From IMG/VR virus record IMGVR_UViG_3300025326_000008: a stretch of DNA of 37,515 nt; one strand, given 5' to 3'. Position 1 is the stretch's first letter, and every line of letters begins with the position of its first letter. A program made the position numbers and the translations under genes. Shown piece by piece: positions 16,044 through 24,911 of this stretch. The notes under the pieces were generated by a model. The model saw only the letters and a list, made by a program, of their open reading frames with translations. It was not told where the DNA came from and searched no databases. Source of the stretch: a virus.

Positions 16044-17160
16044 GTATTCCCCTAAAATAGTTAGCGTACTTATCCACATTGGCCTGCATGGTGTGATTCT
16101 CTTTAATATATTTATACGCCTCCTCTGCCATCTCTTTGCCTTTATCCGGATTCTCTATTAAATATGAAAGGTGGTTAACCCAATCTTCGGTACTCGAAGC
16201 TAGTAGCCCTCTTTCAGGATGGTTGGCTAGAACGTCATTGTAAGGGTCGATCCTTTCCATAATACAAGGTGTTTTACTTGCGGAGTATTCTAAGTATTTA
16301 ATATACGACTTCGCACGACTGTAATTGCTCCATGTTAAAGGTGCGACATATATATCGCACTCACTAGCCATATTGGGCCACACTTCGTCAATAAACCTAT
16401 ATACGTTGTACCTTCCTAGGGTGTACTTATACTTGTACCCAAATAAGGCTTTGAGTTGTGGCATATAGAAAGTAGTCTTGAATCTTACTTGCGGGTACTT
16501 GTCCATGATTATTCTCATAGCTTTAGTGAATTCGGGTTTGTTTACATCGGGATAATGTGAGGCCCCTCCTATATAGCCTATGGTTATTTCATCTGTTTTA
16601 ACCTTAGGTGGGATCTTCTTAAAATCATACTTAGTCAGGTCAACGTAATTAGGAAGGACGGTAATGTCTTTAATCGGTCTTTGGGTGTGTTCTACAATCT
16701 TGTATTTTAGAAAAGGATTTGTTGTAGTGAGGGAGTCTGCGTCTAAGATAATCGCAGTTCTGTTAAATAGCTTCTCACTACCTGGTTCATAATCCCCTTT
16801 GTAATAAGGGTGTGTGGGATCGACCGCCCAGATATTATCGTCTAAGTCTAAAGCTACTTTCATTCCGTACTTCATCCCTTGCACCCTTAACTCAAGATAG
16901 AACTTAACCGAGTCTGCGTATGAGAAATACATAATGTCGTAGTATTTGGACAGATCCTCGGTATTCGTAAACTTACTCGTCTTTCCACCTACTAGCTCGT
17001 AGGATATATCTACCTCAAATTCATCCTTGGGTAAGTAGGTTAGAGGGCTAATAGTTCTAGCGTAATCAACTCCACCTACATACATAATTTCTTGACCGGT
17101 ACTTTGGTTGGTTTTTAACTTGAAATTAGTCAGTGATCCTAATACTTTTATTTTCTTCAT
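16021..17160 (-). CDS. Glycosyltransferase, GT-B fold (GT1/GT4-like), 379 aa
   Basis: C-terminal half resembles the Glycos_transf_1 region (DIYVAPL...YIKYLEYSASKTPCIM). Start chosen at MKKIKVLGS (ATG 17160), giving an ATGA overlap with the upstream methyltransferase. The track ORF extends to 17193. Confidence 0.7.
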   Translation of the reverse strand: MKKIKVLGSLTNFKLKTNQSTGQEIMYVGGVDYARTISPLTYLPKDEFEVDISYELVGGKTSKFTNTEDLSKYYDIMYFSYADSVKFYLELRVQGMKYGMKVALDLDDNIWAVDPTHPYYKGDYEPGSEKLFNRTAIILDADSLTTTNPFLKYKIVEHTQRPIKDITVLPNYVDLTKYDFKKIPPKVKTDEITIGYIGGASHYPDVNKPEFTKAMRIIMDKYPQVRFKTTFYMPQLKALFGYKYKYTLGRYNVYRFIDEVWPNMASECDIYVAPLTWSNYSRAKSYIKYLEYSASKTPCIMERIDPYNDVLANHPERGLLASSTEDWVNHLSYLIENPDKGKEMAEEAYKYIKENHTMQANVDKYANYFRGILDNKSEK

Positions 17161-17615
17161 GATACCTTGCGGAGGGTGAGGTGGCACTCCCACGGGAATC
17201 TGTCCCTGTCCATTCCTATAATTTCAAACTTACACTTGGTCATACAATGTCCTCCGAATGCTTTGTCTGTAAAGTAACCGAAAAACACATCCGCCTGTTC
17301 TGGGATGTATTTAACATGGGTCGGATCTAAGAATGCGTGGGGATGGGGTAAAGTGGGAACTCGAATATCCAACACTCCACCTATCTTCAGAAACGAGCCT
17401 AATTGCTCCATCAAAGCTACTGTATCTTGGAAATGCTCTACAAAATGATGGGCGAATACTGCGTCGTATAAATAAGGAGGCTTGAAGTCAAATACCGAAC
17501 ACAACCACTTTTGTCCGTGATCTATATTGTCTAATCCCTCAGTATTAGGAATCCACCTAGTTATATCAGAACACCCTACGTTTAATGCTCGGTTTACTTC
17601 AATTTTCTTTTCCAT
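17157..17615 (-). CDS. Class I SAM-dependent methyltransferase-like protein (152 aa)
   Basis: ALNVGCS (motif I-like) and YDAVFAHHFVEHFQDTVALMEQLGSFLKIGGVLDI, a Methyltransf_11-like pattern. Confidence 0.6.
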   Translation of the reverse strand: MEKKIEVNRALNVGCSDITRWIPNTEGLDNIDHGQKWLCSVFDFKPPYLYDAVFAHHFVEHFQDTVALMEQLGSFLKIGGVLDIRVPTLPHPHAFLDPTHVKYIPEQADVFFGYFTDKAFGGHCMTKCKFEIIGMDRDRFPWECHLTLRKVS

Positions 17616-18495
17616 AGATAGTTTTTAGAATCTCTTTAACCGGATCGCCTGGATAGTTCAAACATTCTTTTCTAAACCACTCACGATCCTTTTTATTTAA
17701 GTCGGGATCTTTGATACAGAGTTCTATTTGTTTATTAAGCGACTCTAAAGGGACTTGAATAGCTGCGGGACTGATTTGGCTTATAAACTCTTCTCTTGTG
17801 TAAGTCTTACCTAATAGATCCTTTTGAGTCCAGTTATCAACTGAAATATAGGGGATGTCCATTAAGTGAGTCAAAGCTCCGAAAGTCCCCTCTCCTATCC
17901 CCACAACCACGTCCGCCCAACTTAAGGTGTGGAAACAAGTATCTATGTGGTTTAGCCCCTGTCTGTCAGTTGAGAGAGGGCGAGGGTAATCGGCAGGGTT
18001 ATTCTCGCCTTCCAAAAGTTTGCTGAATACGTCATATTTACATTCTTTAAGTTCGGCGGCTACTTCTAGATTCTCTTGAAGTTCTCTATCCCAATGTCTG
18101 GGTGCAAACAATACACGCTTGTCTTTATGTTCCCGTCTTGGAATTATCTTTTTTGTTAAAAGTGTTCCCGTAACCACAACTTTTTCTTTAGGAATGCCCG
18201 CTTTTACCAGCCAGCTTTTTGTCCAATTACCCCAAGCCATGAACGTATCCGCAATCAAAGGTCTATTAAGAGGTGGAATATAATCGTTTATAGAGAGAAG
18301 TCCGTGTTCGGCTACTATCACACGCTTGCCGAGCATCTTAGCCTGAACTGCTATTTCTTCCATGTTCCCTATAACATCCTGCCACATAACTAGCGTGTCG
18401 GCTTCGTGCCAGTCTTGTACTAGATCACCTGTTTTATGAAGTTCATTAACCAACTCGTCTAAAATACCATTAAAGTTAAATAATGTTATTTTCAC
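17599..18495 (-). CDS. Putative sugar or sugar-phosphate transferase, family not recognised (298 aa)
   Basis: Embedded in the sugar island. Two-Rossmann-like layout guessed from alternating hydrophobic and charged blocks. GTG start with GTGA overlap. The functional call is weak. Confidence 0.3.
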   Translation of the reverse strand: MKITLFNFNGILDELVNELHKTGDLVQDWHEADTLVMWQDVIGNMEEIAVQAKMLGKRVIVAEHGLLSINDYIPPLNRPLIADTFMAWGNWTKSWLVKAGIPKEKVVVTGTLLTKKIIPRREHKDKRVLFAPRHWDRELQENLEVAAELKECKYDVFSKLLEGENNPADYPRPLSTDRQGLNHIDTCFHTLSWADVVVGIGEGTFGALTHLMDIPYISVDNWTQKDLLGKTYTREEFISQISPAAIQVPLESLNKQIELCIKDPDLNKKDREWFRKECLNYPGDPVKEILKTIYGKEN

Positions 18496-19175
18496 TTCCT
18501 CTCCTTCCCCTCACTGCCCATCATAATCTCATATTTAAGTTCGGCCATCTTCCAATCTTCGGGGGAATCCACATCCTGACTCTCGGACTCTTTAACTATT
18601 AAAGGAATTGACTTTGAAAGGAACAAAACCCTCTCTTTTAAAAGTGCATCGGTTTTTAATAAATAAAATTGGCCCACATCGTGGTATCTTGGTTCGAAGT
18701 CTTGAGTGTTGTGGTGGTAGGCTTCGTAATCAACTATTTTGACAAGTCCATCGTCTATGTGAACCGACCTTTGGGGGGGATAGCCATACTGAACCATCGG
18801 GAACACCCCATTTCCTTGTTTAATTAACTCAAATGCTTCGTTTAAGAGTTTGGGTGTAGCAAATACCGCCGTGGCGTGTAGCATTAAACAGTATTCAGGT
18901 TCAATCCAATTACGTTGGATATAATCTAAGAGTACTTCCGTAGTGGTCGTCCTATCGTCAGCTAAGTGTGCGGGTCTATCATCTACTTCAGCCCCATATT
19001 TTCTAGCTACTTCGGCTATCTCCCCGTCTTCAGTAGAAACAATCGGAGTAATACCTAGCTCTTTCAGATAACGGATAGGATACGAGATAATTGGTTGTCC
19101 ACAAAACTCCTTGATATTTTTTCTTGGAAGCCTGACGGAGCCCCCTCTCGCCGGTATAAACGCAAGTGTTTTCAT
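18492..19175 (-). CDS. Cytidylyltransferase of the CMP-NeuAc/CMP-pseudaminic/CMP-Kdo synthetase family (227 aa)
   Basis: N-terminal signature LAFIPARGGSVRLPRKNIKEFCGQPIISYPI, then VSTEDGEIAEVARKYGAEV and RPAHLADDRTTT. This is typical of acylneuraminate cytidylyltransferase-like enzymes. Confidence 0.8.
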   Translation of the reverse strand: MKTLAFIPARGGSVRLPRKNIKEFCGQPIISYPIRYLKELGITPIVSTEDGEIAEVARKYGAEVDDRPAHLADDRTTTTEVLLDYIQRNWIEPEYCLMLHATAVFATPKLLNEAFELIKQGNGVFPMVQYGYPPQRSVHIDDGLVKIVDYEAYHHNTQDFEPRYHDVGQFYLLKTDALLKERVLFLSKSIPLIVKESESQDVDSPEDWKMAELKYEIMMGSEGKERK

Positions 19176-19963
19176 GGTTGTCTCCTTAATTTCGGTTCTT
19201 TACTATTTATCTCACCGTTTAGATATCTTTTAACAATATCGTTGTTGTAAATATTATATATCATTCTTAAATGTTGTGGTTTGAAGTCGCTTTCAAGGAA
19301 GTTCTTTCCCCCCTCCGGCTTTTGTGGGTATTTTATCCAGTCGGGGTACATTTTAAGTAGTCTACAAGCTTCCTTAGTCGATTCTAACACGTTTTTACAG
19401 GCAACATCATGTATCCCATCATCTTTGTCTAGTTTTGGTGTTACTTGATGGATAATGTCTCCTCCATCGGGTGTATCGACGATGTAATGAAACGTTGTAC
19501 CCGCCCAATTTGGTTCTAACATATAAAAAGGCCAGAATAGAGTAGCCGCACCCCTGTAACGTGGTGATAAGCCCAAGTGTAGGTTAATTGTGTCTTTTGG
19601 AAGCGCCGACATTAAAGGTTCCCTAATCATTCCCGATCCAAATACTAAAACTATATCCGGCATTATGTTTTCCATGAAATCAACGCTGTTTAATGAGTTG
19701 AGTTCTTCTTTGTTTACCTTGAGTAGCGGAAACTTAGGATCTTCTTGTTTACCAAAGTATTTCTCCTCGGCCTGTAATCTATCCCAGAAGTGTCTTGTCC
19801 AGTTACTCTTATCCTTAGCATCTGCGCTAGCTTCAATCGTAGGAACGGCATTTCCTCTGGTCTGCATAATTCCACCCATAACGGGGAACTCTTTAGCAAT
19901 CTCGTTTATATAGTAAAGGTGTCTGGGTTGATCTCCGCCCACCCAGCCGATTCTCTCACTCAC
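19172..19963 (-). CDS. Formyltransferase-domain protein (263 aa)
   Basis: INLHLGLSPRYRGAATLFWPFY and DTPDGGDIIHQ resemble the Formyl_trans_N core (N.H.SLLP.YRG ... D.G.II.Q). GTG start with GTGA overlap. Confidence 0.7.
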   Translation of the reverse strand: MSERIGWVGGDQPRHLYYINEIAKEFPVMGGIMQTRGNAVPTIEASADAKDKSNWTRHFWDRLQAEEKYFGKQEDPKFPLLKVNKEELNSLNSVDFMENIMPDIVLVFGSGMIREPLMSALPKDTINLHLGLSPRYRGAATLFWPFYMLEPNWAGTTFHYIVDTPDGGDIIHQVTPKLDKDDGIHDVACKNVLESTKEACRLLKMYPDWIKYPQKPEGGKNFLESDFKPQHLRMIYNIYNNDIVKRYLNGEINSKEPKLRRQP

Positions 19964-21162
19964 TTAATTAAACCCTCCTTTTTAAGCAACTCCGATGTTT
20001 TGATTAAATCACCCATCGATATACCGGTACTCTCGGCAATGTCTAATAGAGACTTACCCGAATTGAACATCACTGTAAGTATATTCTCCGTACTCTTGTC
20101 GTTCTGGTTGTTTCCTCCGAGTGTCGGATATAGTTCACGTTTGGAAAGCATGGGTTCACATGACGGATTAAGGCTCTCGATAACATTGTCACCTTCTATT
20201 GCCTCGATCATTCTTTTAGCACTCTCAAGCGTCTTCTGATAATCGACTTTAAAGTATTCTCTGTCTAATGAAGTATGGTAGTACGAACCATAAAGTCCGC
20301 CCTTATTTAAGATAATTGTCGGTATCCTAAATGCGGGAGAAGATAATTGTCTTTCATCACTACCTCTTACACTAAACGGAGTGCCTTGTTTGCCTGTTGC
20401 CTGTCGGGCTATCCTATCCATATATGAATTACCCAAAAAGGATTGTTTAAAACCAACTGGTTCAGATATCGTACCCACAACATGACTCAGTACAACCGCA
20501 CCTCTGACGTTGGATACATCGTGTGTCGCTAAGTAAGATATCATTCCTATTGTTTCGGGGGCAATTATAAATCTATAAGTATGTTTCGTTTTACCCATAC
20601 TTGCGAGCAAATCAGCCCACAATGCCATTCCGGCTACGTTATCGTTAATCATGCTTGGGTGGCAACAATACGTTGAGATAATATATTCGTCTTCATCACC
20701 CTCTATAATTTTCTCTCCATAAGTCATTGAACCATCTTTAAACTCCGAGTCTATCCTGGCATGATACATAAGTTTGGGGTTCATATTCTTGTAAGAGTCT
20801 CCGTCTACGCAAAATCCCCAATCCTTTTTATAGTAAGAAGTTCTATAAGGTATTCCGTGAGCAAAATCACTCTTGTATAAATGAAGTTTCAACTCATCGT
20901 ATTCCATATTTTTCTCTATTGGCTCACTGTAGGACACAACGTGGAGAAAATCCTTTTTATAGTCAGCCCACACCTTACCGGTTTCGTCTGACAACACTGC
21001 ATCTCTTATTACCCACTCTTGCGGAATCGTCCAGTCAAACACTTTAGTTCCTGAAGGAATCTCGTGTATATCAAAGTCTGCTTTCTCTCGTAGGATGTCT
21101 AGGCTCTTGCGAACCCCGTCTCCTGTGATACTGCGGTCTATCTGCATTAAGCGTTCTATCAT
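19960..21162 (-). CDS. Aminopeptidase-like domain protein of the COG4310 (DUF2172/DUF4910) type with a C-terminal winged-helix-like tail (400 aa)
   Basis: RSITGDGVRKSL, PSGTKVFDWTIPQEW and YCCHPSMINDNVAGMA resemble the family commonly found in polysaccharide and glycosylation loci. Confidence 0.7.
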   Translation of the reverse strand: MIERLMQIDRSITGDGVRKSLDILREKADFDIHEIPSGTKVFDWTIPQEWVIRDAVLSDETGKVWADYKKDFLHVVSYSEPIEKNMEYDELKLHLYKSDFAHGIPYRTSYYKKDWGFCVDGDSYKNMNPKLMYHARIDSEFKDGSMTYGEKIIEGDEDEYIISTYCCHPSMINDNVAGMALWADLLASMGKTKHTYRFIIAPETIGMISYLATHDVSNVRGAVVLSHVVGTISEPVGFKQSFLGNSYMDRIARQATGKQGTPFSVRGSDERQLSSPAFRIPTIILNKGGLYGSYYHTSLDREYFKVDYQKTLESAKRMIEAIEGDNVIESLNPSCEPMLSKRELYPTLGGNNQNDKSTENILTVMFNSGKSLLDIAESTGISMGDLIKTSELLKKEGLIK

Positions 21163-21755
21163 TAGATCATTTCAGTTATCGGTTGAACCCTCATCACTTC
21201 TTTGTTTCTTTTAACGTCAATCGGGAAGTCCTCTAAATCCTTACTTTCCCAATACTGCAACGCTTCTTCCATTTGTTTGAGGTTCTTAAACTCATCTTTG
21301 GGTGTAGTTATCTCGAAGTACTGGTCAACCCCTCTGGGAGCTGCGAATAGCCCAAACGGAGTTCCTAATTCAACATCCCCTATTCTTTTGGCGTACTCTA
21401 ATTCTTGCCATGTGTTAGGGGGCATCTTCTCATCAAAGAAACCTACCTTTTCTACCGCTTTACGGGTAAACATTGAAAATGAAGACACAAAGTCTGTATA
21501 GTATTGAATGTATCTATCCTCATCGAATCCTATGCGTTTATTTATTCCCCCTCTGGCCCACATTAACGCATGAATACCTGTAGCTTCTGAAGTTTCTATG
21601 AATTTCTCGTAAACTTGGTCGTCTAAGACTTTGCAGTTATCCTCGACTAAAAAGAAGTAATCTTTGTCTGTTTTAAGCATTTCACGCAGAGCTTTGTTTT
21701 TCTCTTTTGCTATATCCCCCGAAAGAGAGATTGTTTTGGTGCAGTATTTAAGCAT
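21162..21755 (-). CDS. GT-A (GT2-like) glycosyltransferase-like protein (197 aa)
   Basis: DYFFLVEDNCKV (DxD-like) and FSMFTRKAVEKVGFFDE (GT2-like). The ATG directly follows the U-tract of terminator C. Confidence 0.5.
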   Translation of the reverse strand: MLKYCTKTISLSGDIAKEKNKALREMLKTDKDYFFLVEDNCKVLDDQVYEKFIETSEATGIHALMWARGGINKRIGFDEDRYIQYYTDFVSSFSMFTRKAVEKVGFFDEKMPPNTWQELEYAKRIGDVELGTPFGLFAAPRGVDQYFEITTPKDEFKNLKQMEEALQYWESKDLEDFPIDVKRNKEVMRVQPITEMI

Positions 21756-21786
21756 AAAAAAAGCCCACGTCCCTTCAGACGTGAGC
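21756..21786 (-). terminator. Intrinsic terminator of cassette C
   Basis: Minus strand: gctcacgtc-tgaagg-gacgtgggc (9 bp, one G-U valid only on the minus strand), followed by U7 and immediately ATG 21755. Confidence 0.7.
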
Positions 21787-21833
21787 CCGATCTACAAATG
21801 GATCAAGACCCTTAAATTAACCTATCAGGTCGC

Positions 21834-21842
21834 ATTATATCA
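21834..21842 (-). promoter_or_regulatory. Extended -10 element of cassette C (weak -35)
   Basis: Minus strand: TGATATAAT. The hexamer at the 17-nt spacing is TATATA, a poor -35 match. Confidence 0.4.
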
Positions 21843-21868
21843 CAACCAGACAAGGATATATAGAGGGT

Positions 21869-23332
21869 CTAAAGAGCTAGGATGAGGCTTTCGCTTATTT
21901 TATAGAAGACTTTACCTTTTGTATTGATCACCAATCTACTTACGCCACCACTAGAAATCGACGGTGTAGGTTGACTACTTACTAAACTGATAACACCCGG
22001 GGATACAGTAACATACCTTACTGTATCGACCGTTGGTGATGGTTGTGTTCCAATTAAACTCTGTACACCTACACTTATTGTCTTATCTCCGCCCATTGAG
22101 ACATCGGGAGAGAAACTTGTAAAAGTAAGTGTTTGAACATCGGGACTTACACTTACGCTCTCAGTGGCTGTTATATTTGCCGTTGGTTGGCTAAATGTCG
22201 CACTTTGAGCACTAGGAGAGGTTGTAACGTCTGCTCCAGTTAAAACTTGTGGGCTGATTTGACTAAGTGTTCCAGACTGAACATTAGGACTTACTGTTTT
22301 ATCTGCCGTTGCAGTAACTGTCGGACTAGCTGTACTAAAGGTAGCCGATTGGACTGTCGGGCTTACTGTCGGGTTCTTAGTTGTTGTTATTGTAGGACTA
22401 ACTTGAGAAAAGGTAGCTGATTGAATGCCTGCACTTACTCCGTCCCCTACTGTAATCTGAATACTTTGTTGACTAAAGGTTGCGCCCTGAACGGCTGGGG
22501 AGACTGTAACACTTTTAAGGGCTGTAATCGTTGGGGCTGGTTGAGAAAACGTACTAGATTGTACCGAAGGGCTAACTGTTTTGTTGGCTGTTACTGTAAC
22601 CGTTGCTGCTGGTTGACTACCTGTTAAGGTTTGTACTCCTGCGTTTACTGTTACATTGGTAACAGAATTGGGCATTATCTGAAATCCAATTACTCCAACG
22701 GGATCGTTTGCTGTTGAAATCGTACCTCCTGTAACAGTCCCAGGGTTAGCAGTAGGGGTGCAGGTTTGAAGTCCTAATTGTGAGTCTGGGGTGGTGGCAC
22801 TCTGGGCATATTCGGCAACCGCCTCAGTCCAATCTCCACCTGACTCACCCGTAGCACTAACCAATCCGTTATCGTCTGCCTGAAAAATACAAGCAACAGC
22901 TAACGCACCGACAGTTGTTGTGGTTACAGTTGGAAAGGCTGGGTCAGTGGCATGATATTGGTGGGCAAAACTACCCGAAGGAACAATTTGACTAATCGTT
23001 CCAGAGGTTCTTCCACTAAAGCTATAAATCCTTCCGGTACGCATTGTGGTAACTGCAGGAGTGCCGAAAGATATTGCGTCGCTATCTTCATCACCAATAG
23101 CTATTTTTCCAAATATCCAATGCTTATAAAGGTTTGCCCCCATCACATACCCATCGGTTGTTAAGAGAGTCCAGTCTGCGGGGGTTGATGGGGTAGTCGC
23201 CACGCCCTCATAAGCTACATGGGCAATTAAAACATCCCCAGCGTCAACCGTCGCTGGACAAGTTGGGTTTAAGTCTCCACTACTCGCTTCAGTAGTTACA
23301 CCATTCCCCTCACCTTTATATGCGACGGCCAT
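21869..23332 (-). CDS. Ser/Thr-rich tandem-repeat virion protein, fibre or decoration-like (487 aa)
   Basis: A globular N-terminal region of about 230 aa, then about ten repeats of 23-24 aa (consensus roughly TVSPxVQSATFSQPxPTITxxxx), then a short C-terminal tail. Confidence 0.6.
   Translation of the reverse strand: MAVAYKGEGNGVTTEASSGDLNPTCPATVDAGDVLIAHVAYEGVATTPSTPADWTLLTTDGYVMGANLYKHWIFGKIAIGDEDSDAISFGTPAVTTMRTGRIYSFSGRTSGTISQIVPSGSFAHQYHATDPAFPTVTTTTVGALAVACIFQADDNGLVSATGESGGDWTEAVAEYAQSATTPDSQLGLQTCTPTANPGTVTGGTISTANDPVGVIGFQIMPNSVTNVTVNAGVQTLTGSQPAATVTVTANKTVSPSVQSSTFSQPAPTITALKSVTVSPAVQGATFSQQSIQITVGDGVSAGIQSATFSQVSPTITTTKNPTVSPTVQSATFSTASPTVTATADKTVSPNVQSGTLSQISPQVLTGADVTTSPSAQSATFSQPTANITATESVSVSPDVQTLTFTSFSPDVSMGGDKTISVGVQSLIGTQPSPTVDTVRYVTVSPGVISLVSSQPTPSISSGGVSRLVINTKGKVFYKISESLILAL
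21953..22640 (-). repeat. About ten diverged tandem coding repeats of roughly 69-72 nt
   Basis: Seen in translation: TVSPSVQSSTFSQPAPTITALKS, VTVSPAVQGATFSQQSIQITVGDG, TVSPTVQSATFSTASPTVTATADK, TVSPNVQSGTLSQISPQVLTGADV, and so on. Boundaries are approximate. Confidence 0.7.
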
Positions 23333-23413
23333 TTATACACGCAAACACGGACTTAGTTAAAGCCCGTGTCTGTCTCTCCTTTCGTTATTCTTTACCATTG
23401 GTTAAGGTCGGAG

Positions 23414-23956
23414 TTATTGGAAGTTAAGTATTTTAAGAAGTTCGTCGTAGTTTATTTCTTCCTTACATCTAGGACACTTTACTTTAAAATCTTTACTTCT
23501 AACTCCATCTAAATGTCTCGTTGTCCAGAGTTCTAGATTTTCAATTCTATTATCGGATTTATTACCATTTATATGGTGTATTTTTTCCCAAGGTAGTAAA
23601 TATCTACCTAGTTCCTTCTCCATTACTAAACGGTGCTCAAAAACATATTTACCACCGACAGCGTTCGGATGTGTTGGAACGTGCACTTTTCTATATCCTT
23701 TAAAGTTGATTTTTCCACCACTCCAGTTGTAATGTTTGTATCCTTTTATCCCATATCTTTCGGGATTGTATTTTCCCGCACATTTTTTGGAACAAAAGTT
23801 ACCAAACAAACCCTGACTCATTCGAGAGGGAACAACTGTATATTTTTTACTACAATATTTACATTCCCTCTCTACGAGCCGAGTGTGCCATCCGGTTACT
23901 CTATTAACGAGCCACCATTGTCCAAAGGAATCTTTTTCTTTTATATACTTTGTCAT
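23414..23956 (-). CDS. HNH homing endonuclease (HNH_3-like), paralog of 1090..1587
   Basis: FEHRLVMEKELGRYLLPWEKIHHINGNKSDNRIENLELW, plus CKYCSKK, FCSKKC and a C-terminal CPRCKEE. Confidence 0.85.
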   Translation of the reverse strand: MTKYIKEKDSFGQWWLVNRVTGWHTRLVERECKYCSKKYTVVPSRMSQGLFGNFCSKKCAGKYNPERYGIKGYKHYNWSGGKINFKGYRKVHVPTHPNAVGGKYVFEHRLVMEKELGRYLLPWEKIHHINGNKSDNRIENLELWTTRHLDGVRSKDFKVKCPRCKEEINYDELLKILNFQ

Positions 23957-23964
23957 TTGGTCAT

Positions 23965-23993
23965 ATTATATACTTAATTATAACCTAGTGCAA
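23965..23993 (-). promoter_or_regulatory. Sigma70-like promoter 8 nt upstream of the HNH ATG (leaderless candidate)
   Basis: Minus strand: TTGCAC (23993..23988), 17-nt spacer, TATAAT (23970..23965), then atgaccaa and ATG (23956). Confidence 0.5.
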
Positions 23994-24003
23994 GTATACC
24001 AAC

Positions 24004-24417
24004 CTAATTCAAATTTATGATCCCCTCTGAGTTCCAACTCACGGTAAATGTTCCACTTGAACTTACTTGGTATGAACCAAAATCAAAGTAACAAATCAAA
24101 GCCGATGCGGCTGTTGTGTCGTATAGAACTGCTCCATACGCTGAAAGTGAAGACGAAGCCCATATAACATCTGCTCCATCCCACACACCCTCGTCTCCTC
24201 CGTTATCTTGTGAGACTGAGAGTCCTGACAATGCTCTTCCACCTGCTGTATAACCTGTTCCGGTTATTTGGCCTGAAACATCTGAGATCTTTTTGTGAGT
24301 ATCAATGTTTGGTGTGTAGGCTTGATAGACCAACATCACTTTAACTGAATCATTATCGAGATCCATGTCTCCGTTCATTATCTGCTTCTTAAAACTGTTG
24401 TAAATTGCGTTTGCCAT
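24004..24417 (-). CDS. Hypothetical virion-module protein (137 aa)
   Basis: ORF track. AGGAAGGA SD-like motif about 12 nt upstream of the ATG. Lies in the head-tail region. Confidence 0.5.
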   Translation of the reverse strand: MANAIYNSFKKQIMNGDMDLDNDSVKVMLVYQAYTPNIDTHKKISDVSGQITGTGYTAGGRALSGLSVSQDNGGDEGVWDGADVIWASSSLSAYGAVLYDTTAASALICYFDFGSYQVSSSGTFTVSWNSEGIINLN

Positions 24418-24423
24418 CTAAAA

Positions 24424-24588
24424 TCACATCCTTCCTTGAACACCCATCTTTATTGCATCCAGGCGTATAGTAATATTCTTTTGTAAATCTTTACACATTT
24501 TATGTACTAATTTCTGCTCATCCTCTACCCAAATAAATATATTGTCTTTAACTTTTCCCTGACACATAGAACAAGTCGGTTTTCTCAT
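24424..24588 (-). CDS. Possible small Cys-containing protein (54 aa, MRKPTCSMCQGKVKDN...)
   Basis: Hand translation. ATGA overlap with the stop of 24585..24911. It fills an otherwise empty 167-nt gap. Confidence 0.35.
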   Translation of the reverse strand: MRKPTCSMCQGKVKDNIFIWVEDEQKLVHKMCKDLQKNITIRLDAIKMGVQGRM

Positions 24589-24911
24589 GAGTAAGTCAAG
24601 GCTGTCAGATCAGTTGCTACGTTGTCGAAATTACTGTCCCCATTCGCAAAAGTAATTACCGTTCCTGTCGTTTCGTCAATCTTTTTAACTTGCCACTTAG
24701 CCGTTGCCTGAGGTGTACCTGGTGCGGCTATGGCTAGGTAAGTAACCGATCCCACAACTGTAATCTTTACAGCTACAGCATCAGCTTGATTGCGTGTTAG
24801 ATTCACTCCGTCATATCCTAGAGGTTCTGCTGTAGGAACCTTAAAAGTATCATCAAATCCCCAATTCTGCATCGCTTGGGGTGTGTATCTGGTTTTAGAG
24901 AACGTTGTCAT
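24585..24911 (-). CDS. Hypothetical head-module protein (108 aa)
   Basis: ORF track. Beta-rich small protein downstream of the capsid gene. Confidence 0.5.
   Translation of the reverse strand: MTTFSKTRYTPQAMQNWGFDDTFKVPTAEPLGYDGVNLTRNQADAVAVKITVVGSVTYLAIAAPGTPQATAKWQVKKIDETTGTVITFANGDSNFDNVATDLTALTYS

Noticed and set aside
16021-17193. Longer N-terminal extensions offered by the ORF track (GT4 to 17193, scaffold to 27714, SLT to 35832, HNH to 1611 and 9371, membrane protein to 4523, 9368..10099, 27794..28060).
   Set aside because: The extensions begin at GTG or TTG and create long overlaps with upstream genes. Downstream ATGs give canonical ATGA or short overlaps, or have promoter or SD support.
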